Positions 47,632 to 55,937 of a DNA stretch of 64,000 bases are shown piece by piece. Each line of letters starts with the position of its first letter. Within the stretch, counting starts at the first letter, position 1. The translations under genes and the position numbers were made by a program. Under the pieces are notes generated by a model. It made no database searches, was not told the DNA's origin, and was given only the letters and a program-made list of their open reading frames with translations. Origin of the DNA: an uncultured virus (IMG/VR IMGVR_UViG_3300037466_004244) (taxonomy: Duplodnaviria > Heunggongvirae > Uroviricota > Caudoviricetes); IMG/VR virus record IMGVR_UViG_3300037466_004244; one strand, given 5' to 3'.

Positions 47632-48468
47632 CTACTCCTTCAGCCTGACCCCCTTCCACCCCCGTGCCGATGCCCGCGTGTCCGGCCGTCGTGCGTGTCC
47701 CGGCCGCGCGCCGATCTCGCGCAGAGCAAGGCCGAGGTCCGCATGCGCGAGCGGCTCGCGCGGGAACATCGCGTTGAACGACAGGCGGATCTCCCGGCAG
47801 AACGCGAACCCGGCGGGGTCCGCGACGAGGCGGGCGGTGACGAACCGCTCGAGCGGGCTCGGCTCGATGGGCTTTGCGGGGCGGAGCGGGGTCACGTTCG
47901 AGAGCGACGGCTGGACGGGGTCGGTGTCATACATCCCAAGCACGGAGGCGGTCGCGGCCGTCAGGATGGCGCGTGCCCCAGCCTTGTCGCCTGCGCGGAG
48001 GAGGAGATCGGCGGCGCGGCGCTGCTCGGCGAACCATGCGCGCACCTCGGCGGAGGGGAGGGTGGGCTTACTTGAGCCGACCGACTCGCCTCGGGCCAGC
48101 TTCGGGAGGACCTCGTCGACGAGGAACCGACGGAGGCGCACACCCAGCGACTTCTCGGTCTTGAGGGCGATGGCGTACAGGCCGGACTCGGTGAGCACGA
48201 GGAGGGCCCTGGCACGCGACGCGACAAGCGGAGTCTCACTCCTCCTGTCGAGCGCCTTGAACTCGGCGAGCGCCTCGCCAGCAAGGAGGTGGTAGTCCTT
48301 CCCCTCGACGAAGTCGGCGGCCCACTCGTTCCGCACCAGGTGGCGCAAGTTGCCAGGGGCGTAGCCGAGCGCCGTCCCCATCTCTTCGATGGCGACGATG
48401 GGCTCGCCGCGGAACATGACGAACGTGACGGGGTGGTTGTCGAAGACGGTGGCGATGCTGCTGGTCAT
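47632..48468 (-). CDS. Antirepressor-like protein (Bro-N/ORF6N-like N-terminus)
   Basis: ALGY, FVEGKDYHLLAGEALAEFK, LTESGLY...RRFLVDEVLPKL; AAGGAG RBS. Confidence 0.82.
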   Translation of the reverse strand: MTSSIATVFDNHPVTFVMFRGEPIVAIEEMGTALGYAPGNLRHLVRNEWAADFVEGKDYHLLAGEALAEFKALDRRSETPLVASRARALLVLTESGLYAIALKTEKSLGVRLRRFLVDEVLPKLARGESVGSSKPTLPSAEVRAWFAEQRRAADLLLRAGDKAGARAILTAATASVLGMYDTDPVQPSLSNVTPLRPAKPIEPSPLERFVTARLVADPAGFAFCREIRLSFNAMFPREPLAHADLGLALREIGARPGHARRPDTRASARGWKGVRLKE

Positions 48469-48497
48469 GGGACTCCTTGGGGGCAGGGGGAAGGCGG

Positions 48498-48764
48498 CTA
48501 TCGAGTGAGCTGCTGGGGCTGGTCGCGGCGCAACCGCCCGTTGGCGTAGCAGAGGAGATCCCCACGGGCGCGCTCGGACATCGCGTCGTAGAGTTCGGCG
48601 AGGACGGCGAACCGTGCCTCGTCGTGCACGGCGGGTGCGGTCGTCGACGGGGGCACCGAGATCGGGATCACCCTGGCGCCGCCCCGACGGCGGCGAGCAG
48701 GGCTGACGCGGGAGGCGGGGAAATCGAGGATGGCGGCCATCTCGGACTCCAACCGGGCGGTCAT
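48498..48764 (-). CDS. Small protein, paralog of 9903-10181
   Basis: HDEARFAVLAELYDAMSERARGDLLCYANGRLRRD. Confidence 0.7.
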   Translation of the reverse strand: MTARLESEMAAILDFPASRVSPARRRRGGARVIPISVPPSTTAPAVHDEARFAVLAELYDAMSERARGDLLCYANGRLRRDQPQQLTR

Positions 48765-48789
48765 CGCCTCGGTGAAGTCAGATTAGCTG

Positions 48790-48830
48790 CGCGCGACCCT
48801 TACCGCAAGGGTCGCGCGTCTATTTCTTTT
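48790..48830 (+). terminator. 12-bp stem hairpin with a T-rich tail
   Basis: CGCGCGACCCTT-ACCGC-AAGGGTCGCGCG then TCTATTTCTTTT. Confidence 0.6.
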
Positions 48831-49140
48831 CGACGTCTGAAGAGCCAGCGACAGGCGTCGAGTCCTTGAGCCGCTCTCGCCACGTTGGCGTAAGCTGCCG
48901 CTCGCCTCGCCAGAACTTGCCGAGTTCGCCGCGCTCCCAGTCCTTGAGCCCCAGCATCCGTGCGACGGCCGCCCAGGCGTTCGGGGTGGGCTCGCCGTTG
49001 ACGACCTGGTGCGCGGCCGTCGCCAGTGGGAGGAGCAGGGCGCGCGCTTCGGCGCCGCCGTCAAGGGCCCTCGCCGGACGCCCTGACGGCCCGCTGATGC
49101 GGGGCTTCCGAAGTTCGGGGGCGAGGGGAGGACGGCCCAT
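48820..49140 (-). CDS. Hypothetical protein (possibly DNA-binding)
   Basis: MGRPP basic N-terminus; WAAVARMLG...LGKFWRGERQL HTH-like. Confidence 0.55.
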   Translation of the reverse strand: MGRPPLAPELRKPRISGPSGRPARALDGGAEARALLLPLATAAHQVVNGEPTPNAWAAVARMLGLKDWERGELGKFWRGERQLTPTWRERLKDSTPVAGSSDVEKK

Positions 49141-49207
49141 GGATCCGCGGGTATCCACGCGCTACCCGCCGCGCAAGGGCGAGAGGCCGAATCGCGCCAC
49201 TGTGGCG

Positions 49208-50437
49208 CTACCCCTTCCGCTCCTCCAACGTCCGCTGCATCGCGGCGAACGTGATCCGGTTCAGTGCGTGCAGGTCGTCCGGTCCCTTGATGGCGACGCG
49301 AACCTCGCCGAACGAATTGGACGGCAGGATCGTCGCGCCCGGCGGCAGCAGGCTCGGGGCCGTGGCGGGGTCGACGTTGAACGCTGCCCACGGCTGCTTC
49401 CCTTCGAGCTGCAGGCGCACGAACCACCAAGTGGGCTTGTTGAGGTACACCCCGAAGTAGACGGTGGTGTCCTTGTACCCGACCTCGATCGCGACGTCCT
49501 TCTTCAGCGACGCATCGAGGATCTTCGCGTTCGCGAGCGCGCTGCTCTGGAACTGGGTCTTGATGATCTCGAATGCCGCGAGCTCGCCAGCGGTCGTCAC
49601 GATGCCGCGCCCCGACTCGGAGGCCGGTTCCGGGACGGGCGGGGGTGCCGCAGCCACAGGAGCGGCCGCCTCCGGCTGCGCGTCCTCCCGCGCGTTGACG
49701 CCCTCGTCGAGCGCCATCACGGACCGCCGCACGACGTCGCGGAGCACGATCTGGAGAGCGTTCCGGGCGATCGGACGGAACCGCTCGATCACGCTGGCCA
49801 TCACGCGGCCCTCGTACATCCCCTCAGCGGCGAGGATCCAGCGGACGAGGTTGTCGGAGGGATCGCGGCCGCGGAGGTCGAGTTCCCCGCGGAGGAACGC
49901 GGTCATCTTCGACGTGAAGTTGAGCTCAGTGGCGAAGTCGCGGATCGCGCCGGGCGAGAACGCGGTGCGGTGGAAGCGGGCGAGCACGTCGAGTCCGAGA
50001 TCGAGCCCATCGAGCCGGAGCACGAAGAACGGGTGCGGGTCGAGGATGTTCGGCTCGCCGGTGTCAGTGTAGAAGCGGTACTCGGCGCCGTTCGTCAGCA
50101 CCCCGAGCGATACGGACGGCGCGCCGTTGAAGTAGCGCGCGAGCTGACCCTCGTGCCCGTCGAGCGTCATATCGACCGGCTTGACCTCGATGAAGGCGCG
50201 CGGATGGCCGTCGAAGAGGATCGCGAGGTCCACCTTCTCCTTCTGCCCCTGCTTCTTGACCGCGAAGTCGGCCTCGAACTCCGGGCAGACCTCCGTCGGG
50301 TTCCAGATGTCGTAGCCGAGCGCGTCGAGCATCGGCAGCACCAGCGCCTGCTTCGTCGCCTCCTCACCGCGTCCGCGGACCATCGGAATCCGCGCTTGAA
50401 TCGCCAGCAACCGCTCCTTCAACCGTTCGAGAGACAT
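49208..50437 (-). CDS. Stand-alone HsdR-N-terminal-like PD-(D/E)XK endonuclease
   Basis: EEATKQALVLPMLDALGYD...EKVDLAI...FIEVK...QLARYF...LTNGAEYRFY; no helicase domain. Confidence 0.88.
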   Translation of the reverse strand: MSLERLKERLLAIQARIPMVRGRGEEATKQALVLPMLDALGYDIWNPTEVCPEFEADFAVKKQGQKEKVDLAILFDGHPRAFIEVKPVDMTLDGHEGQLARYFNGAPSVSLGVLTNGAEYRFYTDTGEPNILDPHPFFVLRLDGLDLGLDVLARFHRTAFSPGAIRDFATELNFTSKMTAFLRGELDLRGRDPSDNLVRWILAAEGMYEGRVMASVIERFRPIARNALQIVLRDVVRRSVMALDEGVNAREDAQPEAAAPVAAAPPPVPEPASESGRGIVTTAGELAAFEIIKTQFQSSALANAKILDASLKKDVAIEVGYKDTTVYFGVYLNKPTWWFVRLQLEGKQPWAAFNVDPATAPSLLPPGATILPSNSFGEVRVAIKGPDDLHALNRITFAAMQRTLEERKG

Positions 50438-50580
50438 CCTTCCTCCGGGGCGCACGAGCCTACAGGATGCCCGTGCGCCCGGTCAAGGCGACGTCGTCCT
50501 GCGAGAGCGGCGTTTCAAATTGAGACATCCCGATAACGCCGGGGAATTGACGGAGGGCGGAGGCCCCTCGCCAGCCGCAC

Positions 50581-50904
50581 CATCGCAACCAACACACCCC
50601 CGTCGCAAGCCCTGTACACACCCCTTTCCCACGGATGTACGAGGAGAATCACAAGACAGCCACTTTCGAAAAACCGGCATTCGCGCGTGCTGTGTACAAG
50701 GACTACAATGCACGATTTGGGACATTGTCCAGCTTGAACCTTGTCGTCTACCTGTGTACAACCACTCCGGGGCAATCATCGAGCCCTGATTGCCCTACAC
50801 GTACGTGACAGCGTAGATTTCAGACTGCGCGGCGTTCGCCCACGGGATTTCCGTCTCCAACCGCTCGACGGAGGTTGGAGACATTGTAGACAGGTTGCGA
50901 CGTT
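50581..50904 (-). repeat. Non-coding element copy B (324 bp), inverted homolog of 22983-23305
   Basis: ACATTGTAGACAGGTTGCGACGTT at 50881-50904; GGGCAATCA-N8-TGATTGCCC at 50770-50795; CATCGCAACCAACA at 50581-50594. Confidence 0.9.
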
Positions 50905-50958
50905 AGGTCTGGCGCCGCGCGGACTTGGGGCGCCTCGCGACAGGGTATCTCGCCCACC

Positions 50959-52065
50959 CTACGTCGCCAACTCGACATCCACGAACCGGACGGAGCGCCC
51001 CCGCCGGTAGCCGCGTGCGACGACGCGTCGGTTCACCATCGGTCCGATGACCTCGTCAAGCACGCGCTCAGGGTCCACGGTGAGGTGCTCGACCCGTTCG
51101 TCGGTGCGCACCTCGATCCATCGCTTGTCGAGGTGCAGGCCGCGCAGAATGCCGGTCACGACGGTTGCGGTGGGTGCCACTCCCGCACGCGCCTCGTCCG
51201 GCGAGAGCAGGCGTCCGACGGCGCTGCGGGCACCCGCGCCGAGGCTGACGCGCGTGACACCGGACGGGGCGGATCGGGACAGGTCGAGCCGCGTGTATGC
51301 GCCGCTCTCGATCGGTACGACGTTCCGGATGAGACGAAGGCCCGCGCCCCGGTAGCGTGCGTCCGTCGCCAGGTCCTCCACGGCCGTCGCATCCTCGTTC
51401 GCGACGGCATCGGCGAGCCCGAAGAAGGCGTCGACCACCCGTCCGGCCACCTCGCGCGGCGCGCATTCGAGGCCGGGTTGAACGGCATCATGCAAGGTCA
51501 GGCTCACCCGGCTTCCCGACCCGCCAGCCACTCGGATCTGGAACGACTCCCGCACTTCCGGCGGGACTGCCGCCGCTGTCCGGAAGGCCCGCCCCTGGCA
51601 CATCTCGACGAGGCGCCAGAGGAGGGACAGCAGCCCTCGCTTGAGCTCGATGGCGTTCTCGAGCGGGAGGCTCTCGTCGCCGACGAGCCCGCCGCTCACC
51701 GCGGCCGTGAGCGTATGGGTCGTGATCACCCGGCTCGCGTCGTAGGCGCGGTACTCGTCCACCATCCGCAGCAGGGTCCGAAGATGGTGCTCTGCAGAGG
51801 CAGGAAGGTCAGCCGGGCCGAGGTACCGGAAGCATGCGCGCTCAGTTGCGTCGATCTGCCCGGACTTGAAGAGGATCGAGGCGTGGCTGACGGCGAGAAT
51901 CCCGCGGGTTCGGACCTTGTCGGGAGCGACGTCGCGAAGGGCCCGCTCTTCGAAGACGGCGGCCTCCGCATACTTCGTCCGGGCCTCTGCGATGCGTCCC
52001 TCTTCCATCGCCAACGCGGCGGCAGCAGAGAGGATCTGTGCCTCCTGATGCGCCGCGCTGCTCAT
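50959..52065 (-). CDS. Uncharacterised protein: TPR-like N-terminus, beta-rich (OB-like) C-terminus
   Basis: AHQEA...ARTKYAEAAVFEERAL...RTRGILAVSHASILFK; GILRGLHLD...WIEV; ATGA overlap with upstream gene. Confidence 0.8.
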   Translation of the reverse strand: MSSAAHQEAQILSAAAALAMEEGRIAEARTKYAEAAVFEERALRDVAPDKVRTRGILAVSHASILFKSGQIDATERACFRYLGPADLPASAEHHLRTLLRMVDEYRAYDASRVITTHTLTAAVSGGLVGDESLPLENAIELKRGLLSLLWRLVEMCQGRAFRTAAAVPPEVRESFQIRVAGGSGSRVSLTLHDAVQPGLECAPREVAGRVVDAFFGLADAVANEDATAVEDLATDARYRGAGLRLIRNVVPIESGAYTRLDLSRSAPSGVTRVSLGAGARSAVGRLLSPDEARAGVAPTATVVTGILRGLHLDKRWIEVRTDERVEHLTVDPERVLDEVIGPMVNRRVVARGYRRGRSVRFVDVELAT

Positions 52066-52664
52066 CTCAAGACCTCCCGCATCCGAATCAGACGAGCGTG
52101 AAACCCGATGACCACGGCGTATCCTGGCAGGTCTGAGACGCCATTGCGGAGTTCCTTCTCCTTTTCGTTGAGCCGGCCCTCGATCCGCGCCGGGCTGCCG
52201 ACCTCGACGCCCGATACCTCAAGTCGGTGGCTCCGTTCAAGATCATCCTCATCAGCATGCATCTGGCCGTCGGAATGCATGTAGTAGTCGGCCCCGCAAG
52301 GCTGATCGGCGCGCTCCACCACAAAGAGGCCCGCGCTTGCCTCGATCGCGGCGGCAGCAACCAGGTACGCCGCGTTGCACGTCGCATCCCGGCGGTTGTT
52401 GTGCGCCCCGCGAGATCGCTGGTCGGCGGGGCGCCAAGCCAGCGCGCGCCGCTCCGCGAAGGGGCCCCGGAGGCGCGCCTGCTCCAGCGTGACTTCCATG
52501 TGGGCCGGCGACTCCCGACACGTTCGGTCAAGCACCACGCTCGCGCATTGAGCGTCATACTCGACCACCTCCCGGGTGAACGCACGATGGCGCTCGTGAA
52601 TCCGGTGGAGATCAGGTAGTGGCTCGGCGGGGAGAGGAACAGCAGTGGCGCGTCGGCGTGGCAT
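52062..52664 (-). CDS. Putative PD-(D/E)XK-like nuclease
   Basis: DAT...AY, GADY...RLEVSG...RLNEK...GYAVVIGF; restriction-endonuclease-like pattern. Confidence 0.7.
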   Translation of the reverse strand: MPRRRATAVPLPAEPLPDLHRIHERHRAFTREVVEYDAQCASVVLDRTCRESPAHMEVTLEQARLRGPFAERRALAWRPADQRSRGAHNNRRDATCNAAYLVAAAAIEASAGLFVVERADQPCGADYYMHSDGQMHADEDDLERSHRLEVSGVEVGSPARIEGRLNEKEKELRNGVSDLPGYAVVIGFHARLIRMREVLR

Positions 52665-52718
52665 GCGTCGCGACGATAGAACGCAAGAACGCGCGCTGCA
52701 ATCGCAGCTATTGACACG

Positions 52719-52925
52719 TCAACCCGGCCACCCCGGAACGTACGCCGCGAGGGCCGCCCGGATGACCTCGGCGGCTGGCATTCCGCGACGCTCCGCTTCG
52801 GCCTTGAGCGCCTCGTCCTGCGCCGGAGTGAGCTTCACGCTCCGCGGCGCAGCACCCCCAGGCGTGTAGCTGCCGTCGGCCCGACGAGCCGTCCGCGTCG
52901 GGGGCAGTCCCTTCGGTCGCGCCAC
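52719..52925 (-). CDS. Ribbon-helix-helix (CopG-like) regulator
   Basis: RSVKLTPAQDEALKAEAERRGMPAAEVIRAALAAY. Confidence 0.85.
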   Translation of the reverse strand: MARPKGLPPTRTARRADGSYTPGGAAPRSVKLTPAQDEALKAEAERRGMPAAEVIRAALAAYVPGWPG

Positions 52926-52926
52926 G

Positions 52927-53028
52927 TCAGACCGCCCGACGCCGATCCCAACGCCACGCGAGCCACACGCCGAAGGGGATGGCTGCGAGGAAGATGGCTC
53001 CGATAATCTCTGTCTGAAGGGTGGTCAT
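52927..53028 (-). CDS. 33-aa single-TM peptide
   Basis: MTTLQTEIIGAIFLAAIPFGVWLAWRWDRRRAV; GGAG RBS; fills the gap exactly. Confidence 0.6.
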   Translation of the reverse strand: MTTLQTEIIGAIFLAAIPFGVWLAWRWDRRRAV

Positions 53029-53029
53029 T

Positions 53030-53314
53030 TCAACGTCTCCGCATGTTCGGGGGAGGAGTAGAGCGCAGCACCGGGAGCGGCGCTGCGGTATCGGCGGTGG
53101 GCGCGTTCTGGCGCGTCAGGTTGCAGGGCCGGCAGGCGAGCACGAGGTTCGACAGGTCGTTCCCGCCACCCGCGTCCTGTGAGACAAGGTGCTCGAGAGT
53201 CGCCCGCTCATCATCAGAGCAAGGGGGCTCCTTCAGCACCCGGCGGCACCAGTGGCACCGCAAGCCGTCGCGCGCGGCGACGAGGCGCCTCAGGGTCTTG
53301 TGGCTCCGGGACAT
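53030..53314 (-). CDS. HNH endonuclease
   Basis: RDGLRCHWC...TLEHL...GGGNDLSNLVLACRPCN; GGAGG RBS. Confidence 0.9.
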   Translation of the reverse strand: MSRSHKTLRRLVAARDGLRCHWCRRVLKEPPCSDDERATLEHLVSQDAGGGNDLSNLVLACRPCNLTRQNAPTADTAAPLPVLRSTPPPNMRRR

Positions 53315-53438
53315 CGATCCTCCGGGTAACCGGGACGAGGGTGCCGGGGCGGTCGGCCCGCCCCGCAGGATGCTGTTGCGTCGTGTCTGGCTGTCCACCT
53401 TCCGTCCTGCGGTGGCGCCCGCGTTCAAGTCGCCAGAT

Positions 53439-53467
53439 TGGGTGGGGGCCTTTGGGGCCCCCACCCA
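53439..53467. terminator. 12-bp perfect hairpin
   Basis: TGGGTGGGGGCC...GGCCCCCACCCA just past the stop of 53474-53593. Confidence 0.55.
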
Positions 53468-53473
53468 GGGTCT

Positions 53474-53593
53474 CTACCTTCTCCGCTTCCAGTGGGAGCG
53501 GAGGCGCTTCCCGAGGAAGTAGAGGAGGAACCCAAGTGCGGTCCCAAGGGCGGCCGCGGCTGCGGTGGCGACGATGAACTCGGTAGGCGCCAT
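53474..53593 (-). CDS. 39-aa single-TM peptide
   Basis: AGGAG RBS; MAPTEFIVATAAAAALGTALGFLLYFLGKRLRSHWKRRR. Confidence 0.65.
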   Translation of the reverse strand: MAPTEFIVATAAAAALGTALGFLLYFLGKRLRSHWKRRR

Positions 53594-53766
53594 GCAGGTT
53601 CTCCTGTTGAGGTTGATGTCGTCGGCGAGAACCACTCTCGCTCTCGACGTTCTCAATATGCCTTATGCGAGAAGTTCGCGCAAGTCTCGACGTGAAGAAA
53701 CCCGAAAATTTATGAAGTTGTGGTCGATAACGTGTCGGCACGCGCGTTCGTTTACATGAGCCAGAT

Positions 53767-53798
53767 CTCTTGACAGGTCAAGAGCACCGCGCCATACT
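53767..53798 (+). promoter_or_regulatory. Sigma70-like promoter with a CTCTTGAC-AG-GTCAAGAG operator
   Basis: TTGACA-17 nt-CATACT. Confidence 0.78.
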
Positions 53799-53824
53799 GC
53801 GCAGACAAGGCGCGGTTCGATGGC

Positions 53825-55345
53825 ATGCGCGTTCGCCTCCGCAAGACTTCCGCCCCCGACGGCCTCCCGGCGAACCAGGCGCAGGTCTACCTCTCCTCTG
53901 CGGGGGTGATCCGCGTCGCGAAGGGCGACGGCACCGACATCAGCCTCGAAGGGGGCTCCGGCCCCACGCTCTCCGACGCCACCCCCGCCGACCTCGGCAC
54001 CGCCGACGCGGGCGCCTCCGACGAAGCCTCGCGCGCTGACCACGTCCACGCGATGCCCACGGCGTCGGACGTCGGCGCCGACCCCGCAGGCACGGCGTCC
54101 GCCGCTGTCACCGCGCACGCCGCGGCGACCGACCCGCACGGCGATCGTGCGTACGCGTCCGGGCTCGTTACGACCGAAGCCTCGTCGCGTTCTTCCGGCG
54201 ACGCGACGAACGCCGCCGCCATCACCGCCGAAGCCTCTGCCCGTGCCGCTGCGGACGCTCTGCTCGTCCCCACCTCCGCCGCCTTCGCCGTCGCCCCGCT
54301 CGCCAGCCTGACCCTGACGAGCGCCTACGAGCTCATCGGCCCCCACATCGTCCGCAAGGTCGTCGCGACGGGCTTCGACGCCGACCCGCCGACGAACTGG
54401 ACGCTGACGAACGGCAGCAAGCTGACGAGCCACAGCGTCTCCTCCGGCGTGCTCACCATGCAGCACGACGGCACCTCGGCGGATGGCTACGGCAGCGGGA
54501 CCAAGACCGCGCCGTACTACCTCCACACGCTCACGCCCCGCCCGACCGGCGTGCTCGAGATTGTCTGCCGCGTGCAGATGACCGCGAACGGCGGCGACGG
54601 CGACGCGGTCCGGTGGTACCTCGGGAGCGCCGAGGGCGGTGACTCGCTCGGCTTCGACATCCTCCGCGTGTCGTCCTCGTCGTTCTCGCTGCGGGTGTGG
54701 CAGAGCTCCACGGCGAGCACGATCCTCTCCGGCCAGACCTCCACGCAGGCGGCGACGGGCTGGTGGACACGCCTGCTGGTGTACCCGAACGGCGACTACA
54801 CCGCGCACTACGCCACGGGCTCCGGCTCCGAGCCCGCGGACAGCGCGTGGACCTTCGCGAAGTCCGGCAACTCGGCGCAGCTCGCGACCGCTGCGGCGGG
54901 AACGTGGGTGCTCACGCCGGTCGTCACGCGCGCGGCTGGCACGGGCGCGACCGGCACGTTCTGGCCGACCCGGCTGCGCGTCCTCGGCGGCGTCCCCGGC
55001 GTCAGCGGCTACACCCCCGGTGCGCTCCTCTACACCGCGAACAGCGCGCTCACGACGCACAGCGACGCCTACGTGGGCGGGACCAGCGACGCGCGGCTCA
55101 ACGCCTGCGTCCAGGCAATGCTGGCGAACGCGCTGAACCGGCTGCCGAACGACTCGGCGACGTGGGAGGTCACCGTACAGCGCCGGACCGCGGCGGGCAG
55201 CTACGGCGCCGCGTCGTGGACCGGCACGGGAGCGGTCGCATGCACGGGCTCGGGCGAGTTCGTCCAGATCCAGATCCGCGCGACGGGAACGGGCACGCAG
55301 GGGTCGGCCCTCTACGCCGCGCTCGCCTTCACGGTGTCGCCATGA
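53825..55345 (+). CDS. Tail fibre / receptor-binding-like virion protein
   Basis: ASRADHVHAMP, AHAAATDPHGD, EASARAAAD fibre-type motifs followed by a beta-rich domain. Confidence 0.75.
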   Translation: MRVRLRKTSAPDGLPANQAQVYLSSAGVIRVAKGDGTDISLEGGSGPTLSDATPADLGTADAGASDEASRADHVHAMPTASDVGADPAGTASAAVTAHAAATDPHGDRAYASGLVTTEASSRSSGDATNAAAITAEASARAAADALLVPTSAAFAVAPLASLTLTSAYELIGPHIVRKVVATGFDADPPTNWTLTNGSKLTSHSVSSGVLTMQHDGTSADGYGSGTKTAPYYLHTLTPRPTGVLEIVCRVQMTANGGDGDAVRWYLGSAEGGDSLGFDILRVSSSSFSLRVWQSSTASTILSGQTSTQAATGWWTRLLVYPNGDYTAHYATGSGSEPADSAWTFAKSGNSAQLATAAAGTWVLTPVVTRAAGTGATGTFWPTRLRVLGGVPGVSGYTPGALLYTANSALTTHSDAYVGGTSDARLNACVQAMLANALNRLPNDSATWEVTVQRRTAAGSYGAASWTGTGAVACTGSGEFVQIQIRATGTGTQGSALYAALAFTVSP

Positions 55346-55575
55346 TCGTGACGATCGAGCCGCGCCTCCCCCGCGCCGTGTGCTGGGACGGCTCGTCCGA
55401 TGCGCTCGCCGCCATCCGGACGCTCGTCCCCGACGTGGACGAGCTCGGCGGCGACGTGCTCGGCGCCCGCGGTGCGCTCGTCGCTGTGGGCGACTGGGTC
55501 ACCGACGGAGCCGGCGCGCCCGACGTCATCCCCGCGGCGGAGTTCGCCGCTCACTGGACCGCTCGAACGGAGTAG
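55342..55575 (+). CDS. Hypothetical protein
   Basis: ATGA overlap; VGDWV motif. Confidence 0.65.
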   Translation: MIVTIEPRLPRAVCWDGSSDALAAIRTLVPDVDELGGDVLGARGALVAVGDWVTDGAGAPDVIPAAEFAAHWTARTE

Positions 55576-55580
55576 AGCCG

Positions 55581-55937
55581 ATGCCCGACCCCACCCCTCC
55601 CAACGGCCCCCACGGCGCAGCACAACTGCTCGCGGCCGCCGACCTCGAGGCCCGCGTGGCCGCGCTCGAGCGACACCCCGCCCTCGCCGGCTGGCTGGCC
55701 GTGTCGCCGAGCCTCCGGACCGCGCTGATCTCCGCCATCGTCACCGCGGCGATCGGCATCATTGGGGCCGGCGGGTCGTGGGCGGTGGCGACGATCCAGG
55801 CGCACACGCCGGCGGTGGAGACGGCCGTGCCGGCGCCGACGGTGCCGGACGACGCCGACGCGATCAGGGCGGCGCTTCCGGACGAGCCCGCGCCGGGGCC
55901 GGCGGTCGAGGACGCCCCGCCCTCCGAGGCCCCCTGA
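55581..55937 (+). CDS. Single-TM protein (lysis-associated?)
   Basis: LEARVAALE coil + ALISAIVTAAIGIIGAGG TM. Confidence 0.65.
   Translation: MPDPTPPNGPHGAAQLLAAADLEARVAALERHPALAGWLAVSPSLRTALISAIVTAAIGIIGAGGSWAVATIQAHTPAVETAVPAPTVPDDADAIRAALPDEPAPGPAVEDAPPSEAP

Noticed and set aside
41509..55345. Diversity-generating retroelement or invertase-driven tail-fibre switching
   Set aside because: No reverse transcriptase, TR/VR pair or serine invertase recognised
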